From assembly GCF_009914755.1 (NCBI RefSeq), contig NC_060938.1: 64,000 nucleotides of DNA; one strand, 5' to 3'. Each line of letters opens with the position of its first letter. Position 1 is the first letter of the stretch. This document shows positions 1-14,757 of this stretch, piece after piece. The DNA is from the human T2T-CHM13v2.0 reference genome, Homo sapiens. The position numbers and the translations under genes were made by a program. Under the pieces are notes generated by a model. The model was not told the origin of the DNA. It did no database searches and saw nothing but the letters and a program-made list of their open reading frames with translations.

Positions 1-1427
1 GAACGTTCATGCATTTTGTAAAAGTTTTCCAACTAATTCTGATCTGCTGTCCTAAAACATGCTTTAAGTGATCTATCTCTGTGCTCTCCTCCCAACTCAG
101 ACATCCCAAATAAATAAAGCTATAAGTGGAATGCAGAGGCAAAAAAAAAAAAGATTTTAACCCAGGGTCATCCCATTTTTTTCTAACAGTGGCCTAAATG
201 ATTAGAAACCCATGAGGTACAATTTTTTAATGCACATTGTTTAACTTTCAGCTATGGTGAGTCCTGAGTTCAACAATTACAAACAATGTCACTCAAAGTC
301 ACAAGTTAAGTGACTTCTCCATTTTTTCCCTCATTTCAGTAATCCTTCCTGTTGTCCTAGTTTTGTGGTATGACTTTAATGAAGTTCAACTTTATTATCT
401 CAAAAAAAACAAAAAAAATTAGTTTTATTTAAAAGTACTATTCGCCCAATACAGAAGGAAAAAAAAAAAAAAAACTAGCAAAGTCAGGAAATTAGCCCCT
501 ACCGGCATACAAATTTACAGGTCAAAGCAAGCCCTTCCTGTCCTCACATGAACTGCAGCCTGGAGACCACCACAACCTCCTTCCTCAAAACTTGTCCACG
601 AGATACACAGCAACAGTGCTCAGATCTTGTTTTTTAACCAGAATGTTTTCCTCAGAAGTCTTAAATGAAAGCTAAATGTACAAAAGGTACAATGGAGAAA
701 CATTCTGATCTAGTGAGAATGGGAGACCTAGGATTCATTTTTTCAGGCTCCCCCTGCCTTTCCCCATCCCTCCCTCCACCTTTCACTCCAGTCCTGGTTC
801 ACTAAGATACCTCGGCAGAATACTTTACATTTGAAACCCACTGAAATGAAAGAATCTAAAGTTCAGACTGAAGGGGAAGGGAGCACCTTAAGTGGCAGTA
901 TCAAATTATAATTTCAGTTCTTAGCACCAAAACTCATTAACTCAGGGTAGTTACATGGTTGACTCATGAACTAAAACAATTCTATGAATAGTTTAAGAAA
1001 TCCGATCAAGATTTTATGAGCAACTTCCTCATCTCTTACATATCAACATATAATGTTTTAGGATGAGAATAATATAGTAATAATTATACATCACTGTCAT
1101 AAAAGACAATAGCACTTCTAACTGAATTATACAGATAAACCCAGAACTAGCCTCTTACATATTGCAAACAGGTAATAAAATATTGCAAAATGAAATTGAT
1201 CTATTTAAGTTCCTTTTTAAATCTTCTCATATTAAATAAACACACACATATTTACTCAACAGGAAAATCTTGCAACAAAATTTCAAATACTAACCTGCCA
1301 AAAAACAAGTAATTTTTCCTCTCAGCAGGAACTCCTGGCTTTTGGCCCACAACCTTTGCATAACCAAAATGTGTTATGCAAAGGTGTTCAAGGTGGCCTA
1401 AGCTACATTGGAAAAAAAGCTAAAAAT

Positions 1428-1730
<303 letters not shown>

Positions 1731-2278
1731 CTAAAAATATACTTCACAGTGGCAGGACCACAGATGTCACTTCAGATGAGCAAGAATGAATCCACCAAGC
1801 ATCACAATAGAGGTGAAGCCTACATTTCACCAAAGCAGAAAAAGGATCCTACAAAATATGCAATTTTTAACTGATAAAATAATGAAACCTCCTGATACAA
1901 AAGTATGGGATAGGGCAATGCCTCTATGACATTTAAATGCTAAAATATTAGTTATTAAACTGAAGCAAATTAGGTCACTCCAGTTCCCACAAAGTTGTCC
2001 AGCTCTAGACCAATTCTAAAAGTATGTTAGGTAAGACAAGGCTAAGAAGGACAACCACCCTGGGCATCCCGACACCTAAAGTCCTCCAACCTGGGGATAA
2101 TTTAAAGAAAGCCGACCTCCTAAACTTATTACAGAGTCCACCATCCAGGAGAGGAAAGACTAGAAATTATCTAAGTGAATTATGTAATTTGTACAAGACC
2201 AGAGTGGTGCTATACTGGAATGGATTTTCTCCTGTAAAATAACCTAAGCATTCTTCCCTTTGGGGGGAAAAAGCTACT

Positions 2279-2303
2279 GCTTCTCAGCCTTTTGGTTAAG
2301 ATC
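2279..2303 (+). pseudogene. 5' fragment of U2 snRNA (truncated pseudogene)
   Basis: GCTTCTCAGCCTTTTGGTTAAGATC matches the U2 5' end GCTTCTCGGCCTTTTGGCTAAGATC at 23/25 nt; similarity stops just after. Confidence 0.7.
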
Positions 2304-2481
2304 TAACCTGGGGGAATGCCACTGACAAGGTATTTTATTTGCAGCCTCTTTTGACATCATGACATCTTACTTAAAGACAGAGAAACAAATGGAAGCTAAG
2401 GAAAAAGCTTTTTAGTTAACCTATCCTACCTCTAATAAAGTATGATATTGAAAGAAATCTCTACTAAAAATACAAAAATAT

Positions 2482-2960
<479 letters not shown>

Positions 2961-3659
2961 CAAATATATTTCACAAACAAAATGGATGACTACATGCCAA
3001 TTCCCTCCCTGATTAACACAAAAGAACAAAGAAATTGAGATAAGAAAAATTTTAATGTAGATATTTGGCCTGAATTAATAGATATAACAATATCTAAGTG
3101 GGTATTACTAAAAGTTACCATTTATTGAGCTCTAGACATATACTAGGCAGTGTGCTAAGACTTGATGTGTGCATGAGCTCACCTAAAAGTCTGGTTCTAC
3201 TATTAGCTGTAAGTCTGTAGGGAAGCTACATAACTTCCTCAAGCTATGTTTTTCTAACTCAAAGACAGATACCTTAAAGATCATCTGCTGCTGCCTCTCC
3301 TTTGACCCACTAACAGAGACTACAGGTTATTAAGCAATATAAAACAAGGGTTATTAACAGACTCTGTTTTTTGCTGCATCCCCCTCAACACCCCCGAGCT
3401 CCACAAATCTTAAAGTCAAATGCTCTTAGCCTACTTTATTTTGGTACACACCTCAGAAACGAACAGAACTGTCAAACACCTGTGAAGGCAAAGATCAGCT
3501 CTGTTCTGCTCTACACGGCCTCTGCAGCAGCTAGCAGTACTTAGCTCTCAGTAGCACCCACTCCAACAGCAAGTTGTTTAGCTGTTCCTTATACACACGC
3601 ACACACATACGCACACTCACACACACACAGACTCTGAAGCTTCCCTGGCCTCTCCATCT

Positions 3660-4260
3660 AACTACCACCATCCTTACCTCTTGCTGCAAAAACTCCTAAC
3701 TGGGCTTCCCACTTCAATACTTTCTCAACTCAAAAAGCCAAGTGTTCTTTTTAAACCTTAAATCAGAACACGCCACTCTTCTGCTTCAGATTCCCCAAGG
3801 ATTTCCTACGCACTGCATATCTAAACTACTTACGATGACCCAAGGCCCTACTAGATTTGGCCTGCTTACTTTCCAGATTGCTCATTAGGCCCCAGCAACA
3901 TGAGTTTCCTTTCAGTTTCTTCAGGAGCCCTTCTCTGCCAGGTCCTTCCTAGCTGGGCCTTTGTCCTTCTTTATTCTCTTCCAGGAACGCTGTTCCTGGC
4001 TCATTCAGGTGGCTAGCTCCTCCTCAAACTTAAGGTCTCAGTTCAAATGTCATCTCAGAAGAGTCTTTCCAACCACCCTACATATAAGGTAAGCTCCCAC
4101 TAGTTACTCTCAATCGCATCACCCTTTTGGTTCATTTATAGGTTTATCATAATTTGAAATGGATTACGTACTTCATTTAATTGAGTATATTCTGTCTTCT
4201 CTCACTAGAATAAAAACTACCTGTTTGATTCTCTATAATATTTGTTGGATAAAATAAACA
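3660..4260 (+). mobile_element. Degenerate L2 3' region
   Basis: L2-like motifs CTTAAATCAGAACACGCCACTCTTCTGCTT and GGTCTCAGTTCAAATGTCATCTCAGAAGAGTCTTTCC. Confidence 0.6.
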
Positions 4261-4399
4261 AACTCCCATTCATGGGTCTGATGTTTTTTAAAATAAATAA
4301 ACAAGAAATATACAAGACTTATTTGTACAGGACTTATTTGAAGCAAAGTTTGAAAATCTACTGAGACACATAAAAATCTGTTAGAACACAGGACAGAAA

Positions 4400-4870
4400 G
4401 TACATAAAGATGTCAATTTCCCCAAACTTCACCTCCAATTTCAGTATTCCCAATCAATATTCAGTATTCAATAAAAATCTCTATGATTTCTTTTTGAATG
4501 TCACAGAATGATTCTAAAGTTCATCTAGAAGAACACATAGACCAGAATTGTCAAAGTCTGAAAAAAAAAGAGAAATGAACAGGTAATTAACCCCATCTGT
4601 ATTAAAATTATAAAATGATAGTAATTTAAAGTGTATGGTAATACACGAGAGACCAAAATAACAAGACCAATCAGAAATAGTCCCAAACACATTTAGTAAA
4701 TGACAAAAGCTGCAATTCTAATAGGGGGGCAAAAAACAGATTATTCACTAAATGGTGCTGACACAACTAGCTAGATGGGGTAGAATTCACACACAATTTT
4801 ATCCCCCAAAATATGTCTCACTTCTTATACCAGAAATAAATTCCAGACGGATCAAAGAATTAGAAGTTTT
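4400..4870 (+). mobile_element. Old L1 (L1ME-like) ORF2 fragment
   Basis: AAAGATGTCAATTTCCCCAAA, ATGATTCTAAAGTTCATCTAGAA, AAATAAATTCCAGACGGATCAAAGA. Confidence 0.6.
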
Positions 4871-5219
4871 AAAAAGAGAAGGAAAAGGAAAATAAAGAAA
4901 CCATTGAAGTATTAAATACAATCTGGGGACTTCTTTGTTTTAAAAATACAAAAACACATGCAGTTAAAAAGTCTTCCTCTCACTCATTCTTCCTACTATG
5001 ACAACCAATGTTTCCAAGTATCATATATCCTGTGATATACAAGCAAAAATGTATACATTGTTTTTCATCTTTAAAGCAAAGACACATAGAGGCATATAAT
5101 GTTCCTCACTTTGTTTTTCTAGTTTAGTAGCTAGGTGAATATTTTACATTTTGGAGCAAGGAAAGTCTTAAGTAGAGCACAAAACACAAAAGTCACATAA
5201 ATAAATTAATAACAGTCAC

Positions 5220-5375
5220 AACTAACATTTATTATTTACTTACTTTGTGCCAGCCATTATGCCTAATGCTATTTACATTATCTCCATTGTACAAATAAGG
5301 AAATTAAGGTGTACAGAGGTTAAATAATGTGCCCAAGGTCCCACAGCAGCACAGTGCTGGGTTTGGATTTATCTG
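5220..5375 (-). mobile_element. MIR
   Basis: MIR core-like CCATTGTACAAATAAGGAAATTAAGGTGTACAGAGGTTAAATAATGTGCCCAAGGTCCCACAGC. Confidence 0.7.
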
Positions 5376-5439
5376 ATTGCATAACATTACAAAAGAATAG
5401 CTAGGGGGATATGTGCACACGTACGAAAAAAGTGAATAA

Positions 5440-5773
<334 letters not shown>

Positions 5774-5873
5774 AAAAAAGTGAATATGTAGAGAACTTTT
5801 AACCTGTGAAAAACCAGTAACCCCAACAGAAAATAAACAAAGAACAAAAGTAGGCAATTTATAAAAGACATAT

Positions 5874-6302
<429 letters not shown>

Positions 6303-6693
6303 TCAGCCTCAATAGTGATTGACAAAAGGCCATCACATTTTTTCAGTTCCTAAATTGTCAAAATATTTTAAACTGTAATATCTAGTATTAGCCAGGGTAT
6401 GGGGCATATGTGAATACTATTGGTAGCTTTACAAATTGGTACAACAACCTTTTGGAAGGAAAATGTATAAATATCTATCCATATCTACATTATTCACATC
6501 TTTTGATTTCAGCAACTCCACTTCTAGGAATCTATCCTACAAAGCTGTTTGTATAAAGTACACAAAATACATATACATATGTACATGTGCATAAATAGTC
6601 ATACACACACACAATTGTTTACAGCTTTCTTTTTCTGGCAACAACAAAAAAATCCAGTGACCATAAGTTGATTAAGCAAATTATGGTATTTTC

Positions 6694-6983
6694 TTTTTTT
6701 GTTTGTTTGAAACAGAGTCTCACTCTGTCGCCCAGGCTGGAGTCCAGTGGCATGGCTCACTGCAACCTACACCTCCCAGTTTCAAGTGATTCTCCTGCCT
6801 CAGCCTCCCAAGTAGCTGGGATTACAGGCACATGCCACCATGCCTGGCTATTTTTTGTATTTTTAGTAGAGATGGGGTTTCACCATGTTGGCCAGGCTGG
6901 TCTTGAACTCCTGACCTCCGGTGATCCAGCCAGCTCGGCCTCCCAAAGTACTGGGACAACAGGTGTGAGTCATCGTGACTGGC
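6694..6983 (-). mobile_element. Full-length AluSx-like
   Basis: Antisense dimer; TSD AAATTATGGTATTTTC. Confidence 0.93.
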
Positions 6984-7740
6984 AAATTATGGTATTTTCA
7001 TGTACTAGAAATGGGGTATTTAAGTTGCTGTTAATGATTGATAGAGGTAACTCTGAAATAAATAGACAAACTTGCAACAGTAGTATATAAAAGAATAGTA
7101 TATTATGATCCCATAATTTAGAAAATTATACAAACACAGAAAAAAAAACTGGAAGAATATGCAGCAAACTCAGTAGATTACATCCAGGAATTTCAGTATA
7201 TATAAAAAATAATGTATTACTTACAATTAGTGAAAGATCAAATTTTAAAATAGCATATCCTCCTTCATGCATTAAAATGATTTTGTGTGAATATAAAGTA
7301 ACTTCTTTCTCCCCCCTCAACAGAATGTATATACTCCTACATCAGGTATATTAATGTTCTGCATATTTTAGGTTATAACTCCTAGATAGCACGTTTTGAT
7401 TTCATTCCAAATACCTCCAAATACATAAAAGTTATTGTAGTTAAAAATGAATTTAAAAATATTAAAAGTAATGCAAAGTTAAACATCTTTGAACAGAAAC
7501 TCAAAGTCCTGATGATGACTACTTAAACATTTTCAAAATTACATTAATCTCCATGTTATTGCCAAGGGAAATGAATTGCCTAAAACAAATTACTCTGAAT
7601 GTGAACAGTGTATGACAGTGATAATGGCAAGAAGAATGTCTGTCAGTTCAACCAAGTATGGGGTAAAGGGGCAATCTATAAGCATAAAGGTGACTCTCAT
7701 CATAAATCTGAATCAAATTTTGCTAGAAAAATGTAACCTT

Positions 7741-8050
<310 letters not shown>

Positions 8051-8234
8051 AGAAAAATGTAACCTCCATATATTTGGTTTTGATTATCAGTTTATTTATG
8101 TATAACAAATAAAAAAGACAGCCAAACAGCCCAAATTTTGTTCCTCGAGTACACTGTAATGGGGGAAAGAAATCCAAATAAGTTGGGAATCTTGACTTTT
8201 CCTTTACTCCTGACGAATCTACTTAAGAATTTAA

Positions 8235-8631
<397 letters not shown>

Positions 8632-8841
8632 AATCGTCCCATATTTCTAACTCCCAGTTTTTTCCTAGGATTGAAATTACTCCGAAATTCCCTGCATATA
8701 TAAATTAAAACATTATTGCTTTCTAATATTATCTAGAACTATGAGTGCTGTCTAGGATGAACCAATCCCATATTTACTTTCTCTTCCTCCCCCAAATCCC
8801 AATAAACAGAACTTTTTTTTCTTTTTTAAAGAAATGCTTTT

Positions 8842-9128
8842 AACTGGGCTCAGTGGCCCGCACCTATAATCCCAGCACTTCAGGAGGCCAAGGTGGGAGG
8901 ATCTCTTGAGCCCAGCAATCTGAGGTCAGCCTGGGTAACATAATGAGACTCTGTTTCTACAAAATAAAAGAAATTGACCAGGTGTGGTGGCACACACCTG
9001 TAGTCCCAGCTACTCAGGAGGACCGTGTGAGCCCAGGACTCGGAGGCTGCACTGAACCATGATCACACCGCCACACTCCAGCCCGGGCAACAGAGAGAGA
9101 CCCTCTCTGTAAAAAAGAAAAAAAAAGA
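8842..9128 (+). mobile_element. AluJ
   Basis: GGGAGGATCTCTTGAGCCCAG and GAGGCTGCACTGAACCATGATC (J diagnostics). Confidence 0.88.
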
Positions 9129-9732
9129 AACATTTTGATAATTTACTAATTACAGCTATGTTAGTCACTGACATTGGTGAAATTTCTACCTGTTTTTTAA
9201 TTTCCAAAAACTATTCAGCATCAAACTGCCATATGTTTATCAGACATCTTCTACAGCATCCACACTAACTCTAGCTGCTAAGCTCTTTTATGCATTCAAC
9301 AAGTATCTACTACTCCTTGGCACAGGGTGTTATTCTGGGAGTGAGAAAAGAGGAAAAAAAAATTTAAAAACTCAGATACAGACATGCCTACAAAGGGCTT
9401 ATGGTCTAGAGGCAAAGGATCAAGAGTTTCCAGAAAAAGAAAATATACATTTTGGAGAAGAGGGAATAGGAGAGACACTTCCTGGATGACGTAATATGTG
9501 ATCAAACCCTTGAAAAATAGGATAAATTTAGATGTAGTAGAGTTTGGAAGATAAGGGAGGAAAGGAGTATTCCAGAAACAAGCATAGTAAGAAGAAAAAA
9601 CAAATAAAAAATTCTTCTTAATGCAACACAAAATAGCCCAAGTAGAATAAAGAAATATGCCATGCTTCAGTATTTATGTAAAGATTATCAGCTTAATGAA
9701 AATATGCCTTTTCCTTTACAATAAATTTTACA

Positions 9733-9880
9733 GGCTGGGCATGGTGGCTCATGCCTGTAATCCCAGCACTTTGGGAGGTCATGGTGGGAGGATTACTTGA
9801 GCCCAGAATTCAAGACCAGGCTGGGCAAAACAATCAGACCCCATCTCTATTTTTAAAAAGTTAAAATAAAACAAAATAAA
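9733..9880 (+). mobile_element. FLAM / AluJ left monomer
   Basis: Single monomer GGCTGGGCATGGTGGCTCA...GACCCCATCTCTA plus A-rich tail. Confidence 0.85.
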
Positions 9881-9956
9881 TTTTATAGCATGTATACATA
9901 CAGAAAATATTACAAATGAGCTTTTTGATGTAAAAAAATTCATAAAGAATACAGTC

Positions 9957-10240
9957 GGCCAAGTGTGATGGCTCACACCTGTAATCCCAACACTTTGGGA
10001 GACCAAGGCGGGCAGATCACTTGAGGCCAGGAGCTCGAGATCAGCCTGGACAACATGACGAAACTCCGTCTCTAAAAATACAAAAATTATCCAGGCATGG
10101 TGGCATATGCCTGTAATCCCAGCTACTTGGGAGGCTGAGCACGAGAATTGCTTGAACCTGGGAAGTGGAGGTTGCAGTGAGCTGAGATTCTGCCACTGCA
10201 CTCCAGCCTGGGCAACAGAGTGAGACTCTGTCAAAAAAAA
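9957..10240 (+). mobile_element. AluSz/Sx-like
   Basis: GATCACTTGAGGCCAGGAG, dimer, short tail. Confidence 0.9.
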
Positions 10241-10378
10241 ATTCATGTTTGTGCTATTTATCTAAGCATTTATATTAATATAACAATTGAAATCCTTCAT
10301 ACTTAAAAAAAATCCAGAAGTCTGAAAGTAGGCAAAACAAACAACAGCTAATTTATAAAATAATTTAACCTATTTGTA

Positions 10379-10504
10379 GGCCAGGTGCAGTGGCTCATGC
10401 TTGTAATCCCAGCACTCTGGGAGGCCAAGGCGGGAGGATCACCTGAGGACAGGAGTTCGAGATTAGCCTGACCAATACGGAGAAACGCTGTCTCTACTAA
10501 AAAA
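10379..10504 (+). mobile_element. AluSp-like left monomer only, truncated at the linker
   Basis: CTGACCAATACGGAGAAAC...TCTCTACTAAAAAA followed by non-Alu sequence. Confidence 0.88.
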
Positions 10505-11170
10505 TGATTTTAACACTGTCTTTATTTCCCAAAGATCACTGAAGTCATGTTAAATAAAAGGCATTAGAGATTCTATTTTTCTGACAAAATATTTAAGAGA
10601 CTTCCTTTTCTTCTAAGCCAAGTAGTTAGGGCTCCTTTATATATCCATCATATACACAACACTTCTAGACAGGAAAAGATCTAGCAGTTGTTAAGTTTTT
10701 CTTTCTCATTTTATGAACCCTAACACAACTTCCACAGACTATCTATGACATGAACTTTCTGACTTTTCCTGTACTTCCCTCTTTCATAATTAGTCATTCT
10801 ACTTTAGGACAAAAATTTGCCATACAAGATCCTCTCATATAACATTTCTTTCCTTCACAACTTTTCTTACCATAAATACATCTTCATATCCACAACTTTC
10901 TTTAGATCTCTCTCCCTGACTGATTTCTGATGCCCACCCAAACCTAAAAGGTCAGATAACACAAAGCAAAACAGAGGAGAGCTTTAGATTTTGAGAGAGA
11001 CCCGTCTGCCTGAAGTTCTTGGGGTTCCATGAGGACAACAGAGGTTTCTCCTAAAATGGGTTTTGTAGCACCTTCTGTTTTTCTTTAAGGAGTCCCAGGC
11101 TGTCAGAAATTACCTTAGGTCTTGTCATGTGGGCACTGAGTGGCAACAAGACAGACTAGGGAACAGTCGC
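10505..11170 (-). mobile_element. ERV1 internal fragment (MER4-group-like), no flanking LTR
   Basis: Motifs TTTAGGACAAAAATTTGCCATACAAGATCC, AAAAGGTCAGATAACACAAAGCAAAACAGA, TTCTTGGGGTTCCATGAGG and AAGGAGTCCCAGGCTG, recalled from MER4-group internal sequences. Confidence 0.6.
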
Positions 11171-12519
11171 AACATGACAGACAACTGAGCAGAAAAAAAC
11201 TTACTGCAGTCCCCACTGTAAAGATGGATAAACTGAGGCACCATGCAGTTTAAAAATTCATGTTACATAGAGTTGGGCTCCACAGCTCACTCTCTTAACC
11301 ATCCTGTAATTTTGCTGAATCTATGCCCAGTCACTGAAGTACTTGTACGGTACCTCATGGCCCCCTTAGAGCTTAGAACCTGGGTTTCATTCTTGCTCTA
11401 CAGCTATATAATTTAACAATTTTCCTCTGAATTTGTTGGATTCTAACCCTATATTTCTAAAATTTTATTAATATTACTGAATCTTAAAGGGAGCTGTGAT
11501 GTCTTTAGTTTTTAGAAATATTAAATCTATCAACAAAGGACTATATGAAGTTAAACTGTATTCAAATTTCTACATGCTTTAAAACTTTGAGGCAACATAT
11601 TAAGAAACACACCTAAGAAACTGCAACCAATCTACTCTGGACAAAAACTTAGATACTAACTCTTCAAAATAAGCTACCTAGTGGTATTTATACATATTCT
11701 TCCATATACCAACAGTATCTTACATGCTCATAGCCTTAAAAATAACTGAAGTGTCAGAATTATAGGCATTACACATTTCTGTTGGCTTGAAAAATGATAA
11801 AAAATGCATAAACTTCTAGAGTGATCAGTTTAATAAAAGAGTTCATACCAAAGGTAATAATACTAGGAATCAAAGAGGGCTAAACACTGCAGGTTCTTAA
11901 AGGTGAAAGTTAATAAAACCTTGTTTTTGGTTGTGAATGTTTGCCTTACAACATTATACACATGATTCTCCCCTCTTCTTTTTCCTCTTGCAAAGATGTG
12001 TTGATGAACCCTTTGTTCATGCAGATGATAATACTCTTGAAAATGGTGGCAGAAAAAAAATTAAGGGAATATGGTTCACTTAATCATCTCATAAATTAGA
12101 ACTTATTACCCCTGTGACTCTTGCATAGCTCCAGAAAAAAGTGTGAGAGAGATGAAATGGCTGTTTGCTACCAATATTTTATGTGATGCTTCATTTTTTG
12201 ATTCCTTGAATAACACAACACATTAGTCCATTTATGCCAGAGGTTGCAATTTTTTGAATTTTTGCATAAGTGAAAAATCAGACCTTTTCGATGACATTTA
12301 ACAGTAGGATATAAGTAATTTCCACATGCTTAGCATGGAACACTAGGCATAAATGGGTTAACACAATTATGAAAGCATAACTATTCAAGTAACTAATTAT
12401 ACAACTCATTTTTTTTCCTCATCTCTAAAACATAGTAAGGGATCAGTTATTTAAAAAACACAACAGTGACAAGTATTTTATTTTTAACTCAGTTTTGGTG
12501 GTTAAGGCCATTGCTTGGC

Positions 12520-12640
12520 ATAAGAATACAAAAACAGGAGGAGAAACAAGAATACAAACATGAAATAGAAGCAGTAGCAAAAGAAAATGAAGAGGAACAA
12601 GAAAATGAGAAGAAAACACAATGGAAGAAAGGAAAAAGAA
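12520..12640. repeat. GA-rich low-complexity tract
   Basis: GAAAATGAAGAGGAACAAGAAAATGAGAAG... Confidence 0.7.
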
Positions 12641-13326
12641 CAGGTGTGGGAATTAGAAGGCCTATCATATAATACTTTTTATCCCCTCCTCGATTCATAA
12701 AATTTGAGTAACTCCAAGAGTATCACAACAAAAAACAAGCAAAAGGATACACAAATAGTCACTAAATTTTGTTAAGAATGAGATAATGCTGCCACTCATG
12801 CCTAGCTCAGGCACCGGCAGGAGGAGGGCACACTCCAGAGATTGCAGGAGAAGGGGGAGGACTCCTCTTTGCCCTAGGTGTACCACCACCACTGCCACCG
12901 AGACCTTCGTTACAGCACCCACAGGTTCCTCCCCACCCCAGAACGGGATGGGCCCTGCAGTGCTCCTACTCCCCCTTCCCGGCCCCCAGACTTCCTACTG
13001 CTACCACCACTAGCACCAATGCCAATACAACCAGTCACCCTCAATGTACCAGCCCACTCTACCAGGCTCCTACCACCAAGCCCCCGTGGGTGCCCTCCTA
13101 CCGCTCCATTCTAGCTATGGTCTCCATCTCCACCACCAACTGCATGAGGCAAGCTGCAGAGCCACGGCATCTGCTCAACCATACCACAGGCGACTCCTCC
13201 TTCTCCTTCTTCAGAGTGGCTTGGAGCAGCTGGGCAGGCAAAGCCAGAAAAGCCCAAAACAGGACTCAGGGATTGGAACCATTAGAGCCTCACCTCGTTA
13301 GGCTGGTGACTGGGTGTCAGGGATCA

Positions 13327-13434
13327 GTTTCATTGAAGGCACTCACACCCACCTTCCAAAGTCCAACCTCTCCTTCTGGCAAAAGCTGGCCAGGAACTGG
13401 GGCCTGGGGTGGGAGTGAGTGCCTTCACTGAAAC
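13327..13434. repeat. Inverted repeat / hairpin with 27-bp arms
   Basis: 13327-13353 GTTTCATTGAAGGCACTCACACCCACC vs reverse complement of 13408-13434 GTTTCAGTGAAGGCACTCACTCCCACC (25/27). Confidence 0.9.
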
Positions 13435-13844
13435 AGGCCCTTGGCCAAGTACACCTGGCCAGGAATTGCTGGGCCCACCAAGGCTGTCCTCCTCCGGGAG
13501 CCTGCGTAGGAGAAACTAAGACCCAGCCAGCCCTCCCCACCAAAGGGCTGGTTCCCATTCCTGACACCTCCACCAACAGTGCCCTGTTTCCCACTTCCCC
13601 CATGGTGCCTACTACTCCCTGCCCGGTAGTCCCACGTGATCTTCGCAACACAAAGCATGAGGGCAGGCTGGGAAACCACAGTGGGTGTGGAGGCCCTACC
13701 ATGCAATCCAGCTCGAGCAGAAGAAAATCGCCTTCTAGAGTCTGGAGTCTGAGAAGAAGAAAACGATACCTTACTTGGAAGCTACGAGAAGAAGGAAGCC
13801 ACTGCTGTCACTGCTGCTGCCACCTCACCAGCTCGCCAATGCCA

Positions 13845-14410
13845 CTGGCAGTGTAGCCCCCATGGCACCCCTAATCTGCCCCCTGCCACTAGCAGTGTAG
13901 CTCCTGGATAACACATCCAACACACCCTACAGTTTCAGGCAATGTAACCCCAATACCCCCTGACAAAAACACTCCCCCCACACCTCAGGGAGCATACCAC
14001 CCAATAGTGCCCACAATCTGACCCAGCCACAGGCAGTTCAGCTCCTAATGGTGCACCCCTCCAGTCACAGTGTAGCACCCAACAACGCCCCTAAACCACC
14101 CCCCCGCCAGCATTGTAGCCCTGGATAACTCCACCCAACCCACTCCCTGCTGCGGGCAGTGCAGCAGAAAATAGCGCCCCTAATCCTTCCCCAGCCACCA
14201 GCAATACAAGCTATTGTACACAATCTGCCTCCCCCCACCACCCCTGCCACCACAGGCAGTATAGCCCCAGATAGCCAGGCAACCTGCCCCACCACCAGCA
14301 ATGCAACCCCGGAGAGTGTCCCCAACCAGACCACTGCCACAGGCATGGTAGCCTCTAGCAGTGAACCCCAATAGGACACCCAACCCTTGCCCCCAGAGGC
14401 ATACAGGGCA
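13845..14410. repeat. Degenerate ~43-47 bp C-rich minisatellite (~13 units)
   Basis: Recurrent RGCAGTGTAGCCCC-like core at ~13847, 13891, 13938, 14032, 14067, 14109, 14155, 14254, 14297, 14357. Confidence 0.75.
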
Positions 14411-14427
14411 GGCCCGGAAAAACTCAC

Positions 14428-14757
14428 CTACCCCATCACATTTCTACCACTGTGGCTGAGCTGCAGTCTCCGATGTCACCACCAACCACAGCGAGGCGAG
14501 CCATGGTGGCACAGGTTCCAGCCTCCAGCATGTGGCAGTGCCTCTTCCTTCTAGTCCTCCAGCCCAGCAGGAGAAGCTCCTGCTGCCGAATGCTCTCCTA
14601 CTGCTCTATCGCCACCACCAACTGCAGCGAGGTAGTGACCCAGGTTCCAGGCTCCATCCATCCTCCACCCTCCAGCAGGCGGAAGATTGCGGCCTCTTCC
14701 AGTCCTCTAAGCTGGGCACAGAGTTGCTCCTCCACTCGACACAGAAGAGTCTGAAAT
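14428..14757 (-). ncRNA. Putative first exon of a leftward spliced non-coding/pseudogene transcript
   Basis: Inr-like TCATTTC (A at 14757) 31 nt downstream of TATATAAA; consensus donor TAG|GTGAGT at 14428/14427; no credible ORF. Confidence 0.55.

Noticed and set aside
12466-12698. Charged or hydrophobic ORFs on opposite strands
   Set aside because: Translation of a GA-rich low-complexity tract.
13845-14410. CRISPR-like repeat-spacer array
   Set aside because: Primate DNA, degenerate units without unique spacers and no cas genes; it is a minisatellite.
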